A stretch of DNA of 64,000 nucleotides from Vicinamibacterales bacterium (GTDB lineage Bacteria; Acidobacteriota; Vicinamibacteria; Vicinamibacterales; 2-12-FULL-66-21): contig JBAROV010000088.1 of the NCBI GenBank assembly GCA_049642465.1, positions 38,616-102,615 on the forward strand. Direction: 5' to 3'. Position 1 is the first letter of the stretch; every line of letters starts with the position of its first letter. Made by a program: the position numbers and the translations under genes. A model generated the notes under the pieces. That model had not been told where the DNA came from and ran no database searches. It worked only from the letters and a program-made list of their open reading frames with translations. Positions 27,470 to 36,477 of the stretch are shown piece after piece.

Positions 27470-28648
27470 ATGAAAGCCGTCGCCGTAATGGACCACCCCA
27501 CGAGTCGCACCGGAGCCAGCAGGTTCCCGCAACTCTGGCGCTTCGCCATGGAGTATCTTTTCGCACTCCCGATTGGCGCCGGGTTCGCCCTCATCTGGGC
27601 CAACGCGGATGCCGAAACGTACTACCGTTTCGTCGACGCATCGGCCGTCATCGTCAACGACGTCGCGATGGTGCTGTTCTTCGCGCTCATTACGAAAGAG
27701 ATCGTCGAAGCGACGGCACCGGGTGGGGTCCTGCATACCTGGCGGCAGGCGGCCATGCCGGTGCTGGCCTCGGTTGGTATCGTTACGGTTCCGGTCGTGC
27801 TTTTCGCGTTGCTCGTCCGCGTCTTCGACGAACCCATGCTCGTCCGCGGCTGGACGACGGTGATGCCCATAGACATTGCACTGGGGTACTTCACCGCGCG
27901 GATTATTTTCGGGCGGCACGCGGCGATACCGTTCTTCCTTCTGCTCGCCATCAGCGCGAACGGCCTCGGGTTCATCGCGCTGGCGATCGTCGATCCCCTT
28001 CATGAGGTACGACTTGGCGTGGCCGTGCCGCTCATGCTCGCGGCCGTGGCATCGGCGCTCGTCTTTCGTCAATGGAAGGTGAAGAGCTTCTGGCCGTATG
28101 TGATTGTCGGGGGCGGATTGTCCTGGACCGCGCTCTTTTTTGGCGGGTTTCATCCGGCGCTTGCGCTGCTTCCAATCGTGCCATTCCTGCCACACGCCGC
28201 ACGCGATCCGGGCTTTTTCGTGGACGCCCCGGCCAGCGCTCCTGATGCGCTCAACCGATTGGAGCTGTGGTTCAGACATCCGGCGCAGGCTGCGCTGTTT
28301 TGTTTCGGACTGGTCAACGCAGGCGTTCATTTCAAGGCACTCGAGCCTGGTTTCTGGAGTCTGCCGCTCGCCGCATTCGTCGGTAAACCCCTCGGTCTCA
28401 TCGCCGGCATCGCACTCGGGACGGCCGTGGGCTTCCACTTGCCGCGCGGTGTCCACTGGCGCGATTTGATCCCGTTGGGATTCATCAGCGGCACCGGCTT
28501 TACGATGTCGCTGTTCTTCGCCACCGCAACGATTGGCCCGGGGCAGATGCTCACGGAGCTGAAGATGGGTGCGATCCTGAGCGTGGGCGCGTGCCTCATC
28601 GCGATCGCGGTCGGGCGATGGCTGCGAGGCCCCAGGTTCGGGCGTTGA
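27470..28648 (+). CDS. nhaA: Na+/H+ antiporter NhaA
   Basis: ~390 aa. 11-12 TM polytopic with NhaA-like conserved segments. GAGGA RBS. Confidence 0.8.
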   Translation: MKAVAVMDHPTSRTGASRFPQLWRFAMEYLFALPIGAGFALIWANADAETYYRFVDASAVIVNDVAMVLFFALITKEIVEATAPGGVLHTWRQAAMPVLASVGIVTVPVVLFALLVRVFDEPMLVRGWTTVMPIDIALGYFTARIIFGRHAAIPFFLLLAISANGLGFIALAIVDPLHEVRLGVAVPLMLAAVASALVFRQWKVKSFWPYVIVGGGLSWTALFFGGFHPALALLPIVPFLPHAARDPGFFVDAPASAPDALNRLELWFRHPAQAALFCFGLVNAGVHFKALEPGFWSLPLAAFVGKPLGLIAGIALGTAVGFHLPRGVHWRDLIPLGFISGTGFTMSLFFATATIGPGQMLTELKMGAILSVGACLIAIAVGRWLRGPRFGR

Positions 28649-28686
28649 TCACGAACTGGTTCATCTCTCCTTGAACGGAGGACATC

Positions 28687-28923
28687 ATGGAAGGCATGCA
28701 CCCGGTGCAAAGCTGTCGCTGGGGGACACCGACACTCTTTCTCGCCTGGCCGATGTGGTGTGATGCGTCGCGGTACGAGTGGAGTTGCACGCGCATCGAC
28801 CCGCCGACGGTCCTCACTGATTCCGCAAACTGCCAGACCTGCCCGCGTTGGGAGCCGATGCTATACGGCTCGGTTGTAATGTCGAAGACGCGAGCGGGCA
28901 GCTTCACGCAGCCGCCCTCGTGA
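28687..28923 (+). CDS. Small Cys/Trp-rich hypothetical protein
   Basis: GGAGGA RBS 4 nt before ATG. 8 Cys incl. CQTCPRW. No homology recognisable. Confidence 0.3.
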   Translation: MEGMHPVQSCRWGTPTLFLAWPMWCDASRYEWSCTRIDPPTVLTDSANCQTCPRWEPMLYGSVVMSKTRAGSFTQPPS

Positions 28924-29026
28924 GACGTATCGGACGCGCTGTAGCCCTCGGGCCCGCGACAAGCGAACAGAAACCTCGTGACGGACGTTCAGCCAAAAGG
29001 CTAGAGTGTTCCTCGAGGAGGACTAT

Positions 29027-29230
29027 ATGGCGATTCATAAAGTCATCGAGGTGATCTCGCAATCAGAGAAGAGCTGGGAGGACGCGGCTCAACGCGCCGT
29101 CAAAGACGCCAGCCGTACCGTCGAAAATATCAGGTCGATCTGGGTCAAAAACTTCGAAGCGGTCGTCAAGAACAACGCCATCGTCGAATATCGGGTGAAC
29201 GCGAAGATCACGTTCGAAGTCAAAGGGTAA
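29027..29230 (+). CDS. Dodecin-family flavin-binding protein
   Basis: GAGGAGGA RBS. 68 aa. Pattern IHKVIEVISQSEKSWEDAAQRAVKDA...VEYRVNAKITFEV typical of dodecins. Confidence 0.65.
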   Translation: MAIHKVIEVISQSEKSWEDAAQRAVKDASRTVENIRSIWVKNFEAVVKNNAIVEYRVNAKITFEVKG

Positions 29231-29248
29231 CAACTGGAACGTACCGTC

Positions 29249-29701
29249 ATGCCGTTTACGCTGCGGAGCGTAGCCTTCCAAGATGGCGGACTGATCCCGC
29301 GTGAGTTCACGTGCGACGGCGGCGATCGGACGCCGGCGTTGACATGGGTCGATGCGCCCGAGGGCACGCGTAGCTTCGTGCTGATCATGGATGACCCCGA
29401 TGCTCCGAGTGGCACGTTCACTCACTGGCTCGCGTACGACATTCCTGCCAGCGCAACGGAACTAGCCGACCGGCCGCCCGGCAAGACGCTGCCAAACGAC
29501 TTCGGGCGCGCGGGGTACGGCGGCCCATGTCCTCCGCGTGGCCACGGACCGCACCGTTATTTCTTCACCCTCCATGCGGTCGACCTACCGACGTTGAGCG
29601 TCCAGGGCAAGACACGAGCGGCGCTCGAGCGCGCGCTCGACGGTCACACCTTGGGCGCGGCGCGCCTCATGGGCCGCTTCGAGCGGAAAGGCGATCGCTG
29701 A
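29249..29701 (+). CDS. YbhB/YbcL-family PEBP (Raf-kinase-inhibitor-like) protein
   Basis: DPDAP and GPCPPRGHGPHRY signature motifs. Confidence 0.85.
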   Translation: MPFTLRSVAFQDGGLIPREFTCDGGDRTPALTWVDAPEGTRSFVLIMDDPDAPSGTFTHWLAYDIPASATELADRPPGKTLPNDFGRAGYGGPCPPRGHGPHRYFFTLHAVDLPTLSVQGKTRAALERALDGHTLGAARLMGRFERKGDR

Positions 29702-29722
29702 CGGGCGAGCGCCGGCCGCCCG

Positions 29723-30733
29723 TCAGTATGAATGGTGCCGTGCGATTTCTTCCCTGCTGAGACGGAGAAACCGCGCGGCGTTGTTATAGAAGATGTCCCG
29801 CTTCTGCTGTTTCGATAGAAATGGCGCCTCGTCGATGACGGCAATGGCGCGCTCGATCGCCCCGGGCCACACCATCTGATCCGATCCAAACATGACCCGG
29901 CCGCCGAACCCGGACTCCAGGATCCTCTGCAGGTATCGATAGAACGCGGCGCGGGGCTGGGTGTAGACGATCACGCCAATATCGACGTGGACCTGAGGGT
30001 GAGCGTACAGGACCGCCAGCAAATCGTCGATCATCGGATAACCGGCGTGCATGATGTAAACGCGTAGCTTCGGGTGTTTGACGACCACGTCCTCGAGCGT
30101 GAAGGCACTGTGCATGCGCGCGCGATACTGCCTGGCTCCCAGGTAGACCGCCCCTGGTGGTCCGGTACCGATATGAATTCCGACCGGGATATCGAGTTCT
30201 TCGGCCAGCGCCCAGTAGGGCTCCATGCGTGGATCGTCCGGGAGAATGCCGACATACTGGTTCGTCACCTCACCGAGCACTTGCACGGCTCCTCTGGCGT
30301 GCATCGCACGAAGCGCCTCAGGAGACGGCGTCTCCTTGCCACCGAGCTGGAAGGCCAAGGCCGGGATGAAGCGACGCGGGTTCGCCTTCGTCCAGGTGGC
30401 TACCCGTACGGCATCTCCGCTGAGCACGCCAATGATGTTGCGCCGCTCGGCGATCGCCAGCGTCTGGTTCATGACCTCATCGTCTGTCACTGGCGACCAA
30501 ATCGGGTCGGGGCACGGCGGTTTCTTGAACCTGGCGATGAATGCCTCGGTGTAGGGCGCCTTCGGATCCCACGCGAGATACTCAGGAATTGGTGTGCACA
30601 TGCCGAGTGGCGGCGGCCCCTGCTCATCGGCGGCGAGTGCGTGCATGTGGACATCGATGATCGGGTCGCGTTGCTGCGCCACGAGGGGTGGCCAACAGAG
30701 AGCGACCAGCACGGCAAGCAATACGCCTCTCAT
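29723..30733 (-). CDS. Amidohydrolase-2-family metal-dependent hydrolase, secreted
   Basis: Signal peptide. N-terminal IIDVHMHAL (HxH). MFGSDQMVWP C-terminal motif. Confidence 0.75.
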   Translation of the reverse strand: MRGVLLAVLVALCWPPLVAQQRDPIIDVHMHALAADEQGPPPLGMCTPIPEYLAWDPKAPYTEAFIARFKKPPCPDPIWSPVTDDEVMNQTLAIAERRNIIGVLSGDAVRVATWTKANPRRFIPALAFQLGGKETPSPEALRAMHARGAVQVLGEVTNQYVGILPDDPRMEPYWALAEELDIPVGIHIGTGPPGAVYLGARQYRARMHSAFTLEDVVVKHPKLRVYIMHAGYPMIDDLLAVLYAHPQVHVDIGVIVYTQPRAAFYRYLQRILESGFGGRVMFGSDQMVWPGAIERAIAVIDEAPFLSKQQKRDIFYNNAARFLRLSREEIARHHSY

Positions 30734-30758
30734 GGCCGGACAGTATAGGGTCATAGGG

Positions 30759-32342
30759 TCAACTGTCCTTCACGGTGGGCGCCATGCCGGTGCGCTCGAG
30801 GAGACGCAGGACGTCATCGCGACTGGCTTCCAGCTTCGACGCGGAAGCCAGAACGTCGTCGGCGACCACCGGGTACCAGGACCCGCGTCCGTTATCGAGC
30901 AGGCCGGCGATATCGAACGGCTCGATCGCGCGATCGATGCGCGCCTCCAGCGACCGCCGCGCATCACGGCTGGGTAACGAGGCAGCGAGCAGCGAACAGG
31001 CGGTCAACTCGCGCCCGAAGGTCGGATGCTCGCGCAGCAGAAAACCCGGCGCGAGATCCGCCCGCCCGAGCCTGCGGGCCGCTTCGCTGAAACTCGCCGC
31101 GGCAAAATACAGCAGGCTCAGTCGCTTGAATAGCGCCGGATCGTTCATCGTCGCGTAGAGCGCGGCGACGAGTTGCTCGGTGACGTCGAGTTCCGCCAGG
31201 GTTGTCTTTTCGTACCTTTCGAGCGCGGCCTCGCGCTCTTGGCCCGGTGAGGTACGCTCGAGGAGATCGACCAGCCGGATGATGCCCAGAAGAGTCAGTG
31301 GAAAGCCGGTCGAGAGTAACGGATCGATGACTCCGGCGGCCGATGGCAGAAGCGCCCACGATGAGCCAGCCACCCGCGCACTCCGAAACGCCAGCCGGGA
31401 CGCGTGAACGAACGGCAGCGCGGCTCGGGCCGTGCGGAATTGATCGGCCACGGACGGCAGCGCCGTCAGCAGGCGATCCCACGCGATCTCTCCTTCAGCG
31501 GCGCCAAATTCGGCCGCAGTGCGATCGGTCAACGCCGCTCCCGCACTGGTCAATCCGTTGTTGAAGCGAAGGACCCAAATCCATCCGCCTGGGAATACAT
31601 GATGGACGGCCGCGTCATCTATCGGGTATGGCGGCAAAGCCGCTGAGGGCCGGAGTCGATCCCAGCGTTCGACACCGTCGAAATGCGTGTAGAGACCCTG
31701 AGTTGCCGGGAGCCAGCGCCCTGGCGCCTGTCCGAGTCCCAATTCGCGGTGGAGAAACCCTCGCGGTCCGCTGGCGTCAATCACGAATCGCGCCGTGATG
31801 CGAACCGACTTGCCCTCCCGGTCCCCGTCAAGAATCGAGGACTCACCCTCATGACGAATGCCTGTGAGTCGCGTCTGATCGAGGTACACCGCGCCTTCAC
31901 GTTGCGCTTCTTCCGCAAGCGCTTGATCGAACTGCGGCCGATACCAGTGCATGTCTGCAATTTCGTCGTGCGGACTGGCTGCCACCATCAACTGACGTTC
32001 GCGATTGCGATCGTCTTCGAACGCGGCACCGGGCTGGTGGAAGAAGAAGGTGAACCCGCGCTTTAAACCGCACGCGACGTCCGGCCGCGCGCGCTGCCAT
32101 GTCCCCCACTTCGAGAACGGTCGGATTCTCGGCAGGTCGTATTGGTCGGCCAGTTCTTCAATCAAAAGATTGGCGAGCGGTGTGGACGATTCGCCGATTG
32201 CAAACCGCGGATGACGACCGCGTTCCACGAGCGCGACGCGACGGCCACGCTTGAGAAGGGCAAGCGTCGTGAGCGACCCGGCGAAACCCGAGCCAATCAC
32301 CGCGACGTCAGCATCCACCCGGGCAACAGGAATCAGCGGCAT
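30759..32342 (-). CDS. FAD-dependent oxidoreductase of the tryptophan-halogenase-like fold
   Basis: GSGFAGS dinucleotide motif. AIGESSTP. Partial halogenase signature GGWIWVLRF (GWxWxIP not fully conserved). ATG overlaps the stop of the radical SAM gene (TGATG). Confidence 0.7.
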   Translation of the reverse strand: MPLIPVARVDADVAVIGSGFAGSLTTLALLKRGRRVALVERGRHPRFAIGESSTPLANLLIEELADQYDLPRIRPFSKWGTWQRARPDVACGLKRGFTFFFHQPGAAFEDDRNRERQLMVAASPHDEIADMHWYRPQFDQALAEEAQREGAVYLDQTRLTGIRHEGESSILDGDREGKSVRITARFVIDASGPRGFLHRELGLGQAPGRWLPATQGLYTHFDGVERWDRLRPSAALPPYPIDDAAVHHVFPGGWIWVLRFNNGLTSAGAALTDRTAAEFGAAEGEIAWDRLLTALPSVADQFRTARAALPFVHASRLAFRSARVAGSSWALLPSAAGVIDPLLSTGFPLTLLGIIRLVDLLERTSPGQEREAALERYEKTTLAELDVTEQLVAALYATMNDPALFKRLSLLYFAAASFSEAARRLGRADLAPGFLLREHPTFGRELTACSLLAASLPSRDARRSLEARIDRAIEPFDIAGLLDNGRGSWYPVVADDVLASASKLEASRDDVLRLLERTGMAPTVKDS

Positions 32343-33334
32343 CAGCGATCGCCATGACCGCAGACGGTGCAAGCTCGCGGTGGAAGGATTTGCTGCATCA
32401 GATTCATCTCGCGAAGTCGTTCGGCACGCTCAGTTAGGCAACACGGGCAGTGAGCGAAGCGATCGATATCCCAGAGATCCACGAAGACTCGACCGCGCCC
32501 GCGCGCGTGGCCGAGGCTCAACGCCAGGTTCCGCTCGATGTCGTCCAGATTCGGCGTCGTGAAGGCGTCTTGGTCCAAAGCCTCCAAAGTGCCATTGCCA
32601 GATCGCGTCGGCACGAGGGAGATCACCGAGGCGCCGCAATCGAACGCTGTATCAAGCGACCGCATCAACCAGACATCCTGCTCATCATGCGGAACAAACG
32701 GTGGTGAGAGAAGAAGGAACACCCGCAACGACACTCCACGGTCCAGCAGCGCCGCTGCAGCTGCTGCGAACTGCTCGGGCGTGACGTGCTTGTTCAGACG
32801 CTCGAGCGCCACGGGATGCGCGGTTTCCAGGCCCATCGCGACTTCGAACGCTGGCCTCGTGTGCCGATCGAGCGCCGCCATGAAGCGATCGACGCGAGGA
32901 CCTACCAGCGCGGGATGTGATTCGACGACGACCCGGGACAGTCCGGCCAGCGCCCCGGCCACGGCGTCGTAATCTGCTTCGGGTACTGCGCGCGGATCAA
33001 AAAAACTCCCGGCATTGTAAAGCTTCATTCCCGAGACAGCGCCGTGGTCGGCACCGAGCGCCTGTCGCGCAGCGGATACTTGCGCGGGAATGGCGCCGCG
33101 CGGGGTGTCACTTTCGATTGTGTACGTCCAGAGATCGCACATCGCGCAGCGCCAGGGACACTCGCGACCGGTCAGGAGCACCGTTGCCATCCGAGCGACG
33201 GCTCCCTGCTCCGTTCGCTCGTCTTCGGTAATGAGACCCTGATAGCGCCAGGGATCGTGTTGAGGACGAGCCCCTCGGCGCTCGAGCACGAAGCGATCGC
33301 GCGCTGACGGAGTACTCGGATAGAGCGTCGTCAT
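32342..33334 (-). CDS. Radical SAM enzyme (CX3CX2C), additional C-terminal Cys cluster
   Basis: LLTGRECPWRCAMCDLW. C-terminal HCPCC...CTVCGHG. ATG at Met7 of the track ORF. Confidence 0.7.
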   Translation of the reverse strand: MTTLYPSTPSARDRFVLERRGARPQHDPWRYQGLITEDERTEQGAVARMATVLLTGRECPWRCAMCDLWTYTIESDTPRGAIPAQVSAARQALGADHGAVSGMKLYNAGSFFDPRAVPEADYDAVAGALAGLSRVVVESHPALVGPRVDRFMAALDRHTRPAFEVAMGLETAHPVALERLNKHVTPEQFAAAAAALLDRGVSLRVFLLLSPPFVPHDEQDVWLMRSLDTAFDCGASVISLVPTRSGNGTLEALDQDAFTTPNLDDIERNLALSLGHARGRGRVFVDLWDIDRFAHCPCCLTERAERLREMNLMQQILPPRACTVCGHGDR

Positions 33335-33358
33335 GCTCTGCCGCACGCGCAACTGCGA

Positions 33359-34690
33359 TCACGCATACAGATGCTCGAACGCGTGGCGGTATTCGCGCGC
33401 CGATCGTCCGAGTCTGTGCTGCATCGAATCAATCGAGGTCGCACCGTGCTGGAAACGGCGCTTCGGAAACACCGGCATTTCGATGCCTGTGACCCCCCTG
33501 ATACCGCGGCGAACGATTTCCCCCTTCAGCGAGTACAACCTCGCGACGTCGTAGTTTGTGAGCTCCGCAAACGGGATCCCTTCCGCAACTTCGACGACGT
33601 TGGGGCGGGTGTACGGACTGAAGCCGGCGAATCCGTAGCGCATCGCGGGCGCATAGGTCCTGACATAGCTCCGGCTGAGACCGCCACTATAGGTGAGCGA
33701 GTGCTTGATCCGTCCGACGCCCCATCCTTCCTGATAAAGCATCAGGTTGTTGACGACGCTGCGAATCGTCAGCTCGGGATTTTCCTCGATCGGATAATCC
33801 TTGAGGTTCTCGTCCCCGCCGTCGCCGTCGGCAAGATGACGCCATTCGGGATAGCGCTCGCGAATCCCCTGGCACAAGCGAAGCCCCATGGCTGCGCACT
33901 CGACGTCAAGACTTTTGTAGTCCTCGATGACACGAAGCGTCGCTTCAGCGTCGAGGTCGTCCGGGCTTCCAGGGATCTCTTCAAGAAACATCGACAGCCC
34001 CACCGCCGATAGAAAGGCGCGCGCCTGCCTAACGTCTGGCCCATCCCCCAGATCCAGCACGAATGCCTTCAGCCGCGCGGGTGACAGGCCGAGACGCAAC
34101 ATCGTGTGATACGTGACGAGGAACACGGATCCGCTGTCGATACCGCCCGAGAAACTGACGCCGATCGGTTCGGGCCGCAGAGAACCCGAATCGATGCTGA
34201 TGAGCCATTTCGCGATCTCATCAGTCAGCGCCCCGATATAGCGGCGCCCGATTTCGTCCAGGTCGGCGGGCAGCGCTCCTCGAGATGGCGTGAAGAAACG
34301 CGTGTACGTGGGATCCGGATCCGGACAGCCCACCAACGCCAGCTCTACGATGTAGTGCGCGGGGACCATGCGGGTGTAACTCGGATGAAACTGGTCGCCG
34401 AGCCCGGCGTCCTGGAGTGCGCGCTGCAAGGTGTCGATTCGGTCCGACACGAACAGCGCCGGCCCCTCGTGCCGCTTGGCGAGGAAGTACCGCATCGGAC
34501 GATCCATCGAGCGCGCCAGCCGCACGGTGATGCCATCGACCGCGACCAGCGCAAACGATCCGTCGATGGCGCGTACCGCTCTCGGGTCACCGGAGAGGAC
34601 GCGGCGCCTGGCTTCGTCGATATCGCAGTTGTGGATCTGGTTCAGCTTCGGGTCGAGCAGGTCGACCACTCGTGCGATCGGACTTGGCAT
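33359..34690 (-). CDS. Asparagine-synthetase / beta-lactam-synthetase-like ATP-dependent amidoligase with degenerate (Cys-less) N-terminal glutaminase-like domain
   Basis: PP-loop SFSGGIDSGS. N-terminal DGSFALVAVD...RDRxG-like pattern but no Cys2 nucleophile. Confidence 0.75.
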   Translation of the reverse strand: MPSPIARVVDLLDPKLNQIHNCDIDEARRRVLSGDPRAVRAIDGSFALVAVDGITVRLARSMDRPMRYFLAKRHEGPALFVSDRIDTLQRALQDAGLGDQFHPSYTRMVPAHYIVELALVGCPDPDPTYTRFFTPSRGALPADLDEIGRRYIGALTDEIAKWLISIDSGSLRPEPIGVSFSGGIDSGSVFLVTYHTMLRLGLSPARLKAFVLDLGDGPDVRQARAFLSAVGLSMFLEEIPGSPDDLDAEATLRVIEDYKSLDVECAAMGLRLCQGIRERYPEWRHLADGDGGDENLKDYPIEENPELTIRSVVNNLMLYQEGWGVGRIKHSLTYSGGLSRSYVRTYAPAMRYGFAGFSPYTRPNVVEVAEGIPFAELTNYDVARLYSLKGEIVRRGIRGVTGIEMPVFPKRRFQHGATSIDSMQHRLGRSAREYRHAFEHLYA

Positions 34691-34714
34691 TCGGTCATTC
34701 TAGGACAATGCCGG

Positions 34715-35440
34715 TCAACGCAAATACTGCGTGAACCAGCGCGCGGCCAGTCGCTCTACCTCCTCGAGCGCTCCCGGCTCTTCGAAGAGGTGTGTGGCGC
34801 CTGGAACGATGGCGAGTTCAACCGGCGCCTGCATCTGCCGCAAGGCGGTCCGATTCAGCTCGATGACCTCGTCGTCTTGGCCACCCACGATGAGCAGCGT
34901 TGGCGCTTTGACGCGCGGCAACGCGTCGCCCGCCAGATCGGGACGTCCGCCCCTCGACACCACCGCGCCGATCGTGTCCGGCCGCTCCGCGGCGGCGATC
35001 AATGCCGCGGCCGCTCCGGTGCTCGCGCCGAAACAGCCGATCGGCAGCTGCCGCAGACCGGTCTGACGGCGAGCCCAGTCGGCGGCGGCGCTGACCCGCG
35101 GCGCGAGGCGAGCAATATCGAAGCGATACTGCCGTGTCCGCACGTCGACCGCTTCTTCCCGCGGCGTGAGCAGGTCCATCAGCAGCGTCGCGAACCCTCG
35201 CCCGTTGAGCGATTCCGCAACATGGCGGTTTCGCGTGCTGAAGCGGCTGCTGCCGCTGCCGTGCGCGAAGACGATCAGACCACGGGCATCTGGCGGCACG
35301 CGCAGGTCGCCGCTCACCGCGGCGCCGCCAGCTGCAATTTCCACAGGCTGAACAGTGATCGTACTCACAGTCAGACGCTTTCGTGTTACGGCACGACGAC
35401 GAGTCGATCGTCGACGTTTCTCACGCCCGGCGCCGCCCAC
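34715..35440 (-). CDS. Dienelactone-hydrolase-family alpha/beta hydrolase
   Basis: GxSxG-type nucleophile elbow CFGASTGAAAAL. DLH-like HGSGS. True start uncertain (possibly GTG at 35367), since the track ORF overlaps the upstream BON gene by 54 nt. Confidence 0.65.
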   Translation of the reverse strand: MGGAGREKRRRSTRRRAVTRKRLTVSTITVQPVEIAAGGAAVSGDLRVPPDARGLIVFAHGSGSSRFSTRNRHVAESLNGRGFATLLMDLLTPREEAVDVRTRQYRFDIARLAPRVSAAADWARRQTGLRQLPIGCFGASTGAAAALIAAAERPDTIGAVVSRGGRPDLAGDALPRVKAPTLLIVGGQDDEVIELNRTALRQMQAPVELAIVPGATHLFEEPGALEEVERLAARWFTQYLR

Positions 35441-36036
35441 GCCGCTCGGCGGGCCTCGTCACGTTCGAACCACGCATGCACGTTACCGGTGAGCGTGACT
35501 TTCCCGTCGACGACCGCCACATTGATCCGGCGCGCGTCAACTTCGGCGCTGCGCTTCAAGGCCGCCTCGATCTTCGTCTTGACATCCGCCGCGCTGACGT
35601 GCGGCTCCACGAAGATGCTGTTCGTGACGCCACGAACGCCGATGAGGTCCCGGACCGCACTTTCGGCCGTGGTACGCTGGTATTGCCAATCCACGCGTCC
35701 CTTCAGCGTCACCCAGCCGTCGCTGACGGACACGGAGATCTTCTCCTCCGGGACGAGCGTGTTCCACTTGAGTGCGGACAGAACGGATTGGGCGATCTCC
35801 GAGTCCGTCCGTTGCTGTCCGCCAGCGAGATGCACCTCGAGCTCGTTGGCCACCGCTTTCACCCCATACACACCCAGCGCCACACGCTCGGCGGTGCCTC
35901 TCTCTGAGTAGCTCTTGACGTCGCCGCGGAGCGTGACAACGCCTGTATCCACCGAGACTCCGATATCCGCTGCGTCGATGCTGGGCTCCCAGTCCAGAGC
36001 ATCCTGGACGTACTCTTGTAGTTGTCTGTCGGTCAT
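35386..36036 (-). CDS. BON-domain (OsmY-like) protein, three BON repeats
   Basis: GGGAGGA RBS immediately before ATG at 36036 (Met11 of the track ORF). Repeated VxVxxGxVTLxGxVxS BON pattern. Confidence 0.75.
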   Translation of the reverse strand: MTDRQLQEYVQDALDWEPSIDAADIGVSVDTGVVTLRGDVKSYSERGTAERVALGVYGVKAVANELEVHLAGGQQRTDSEIAQSVLSALKWNTLVPEEKISVSVSDGWVTLKGRVDWQYQRTTAESAVRDLIGVRGVTNSIFVEPHVSAADVKTKIEAALKRSAEVDARRINVAVVDGKVTLTGNVHAWFERDEARRAAWAAPGVRNVDDRLVVVP

Positions 36037-36477
36037 GATCGTCCTCCCTGTGGCGCGGCCTTGCACATCCGCGCCAGACTTACCGCTCTTTGCAGAGAAT
36101 GCCCGGCGGATCTCGGGAGTGGCGGCGAATTTCCGGGAGCCGTCTTGCTACCGTGACGTGTGCAATCCCGATACCTGCCACTGACGGGCGACCGGATTGA
36201 CAGTGGAATCGCCGCAGGTGGACCGTGGGATCTGTGAAGGCCCCAAGCCCTTGCGGCCGTGAAGGGAGCGTTACGGGTGCATCGGTTTTCGAGACTCAAT
36301 CAGCAGGACGCCTGCGACAACCGGCGGAACCGCCATCGCGAGCATCACGAAGACGAGCGTCGAGGTCGTGTAAAACTCCCCGTCGATCAGGGAATATCCC
36401 ACCACCACCAGAAGTCCGGCGACAACCAGAAGCACGCGACCGCCTCGAACAGACCGGATCCGGCCGGCCCAGGTTTT

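Noticed and set aside
30759-32342. Calling the FAD enzyme a bona fide flavin-dependent halogenase
   Set aside because: The GWxWxIP signature is only partly present (GWIWVL) and the catalytic Lys/Glu cannot be verified by eye. Kept as a halogenase-fold oxidoreductase only.
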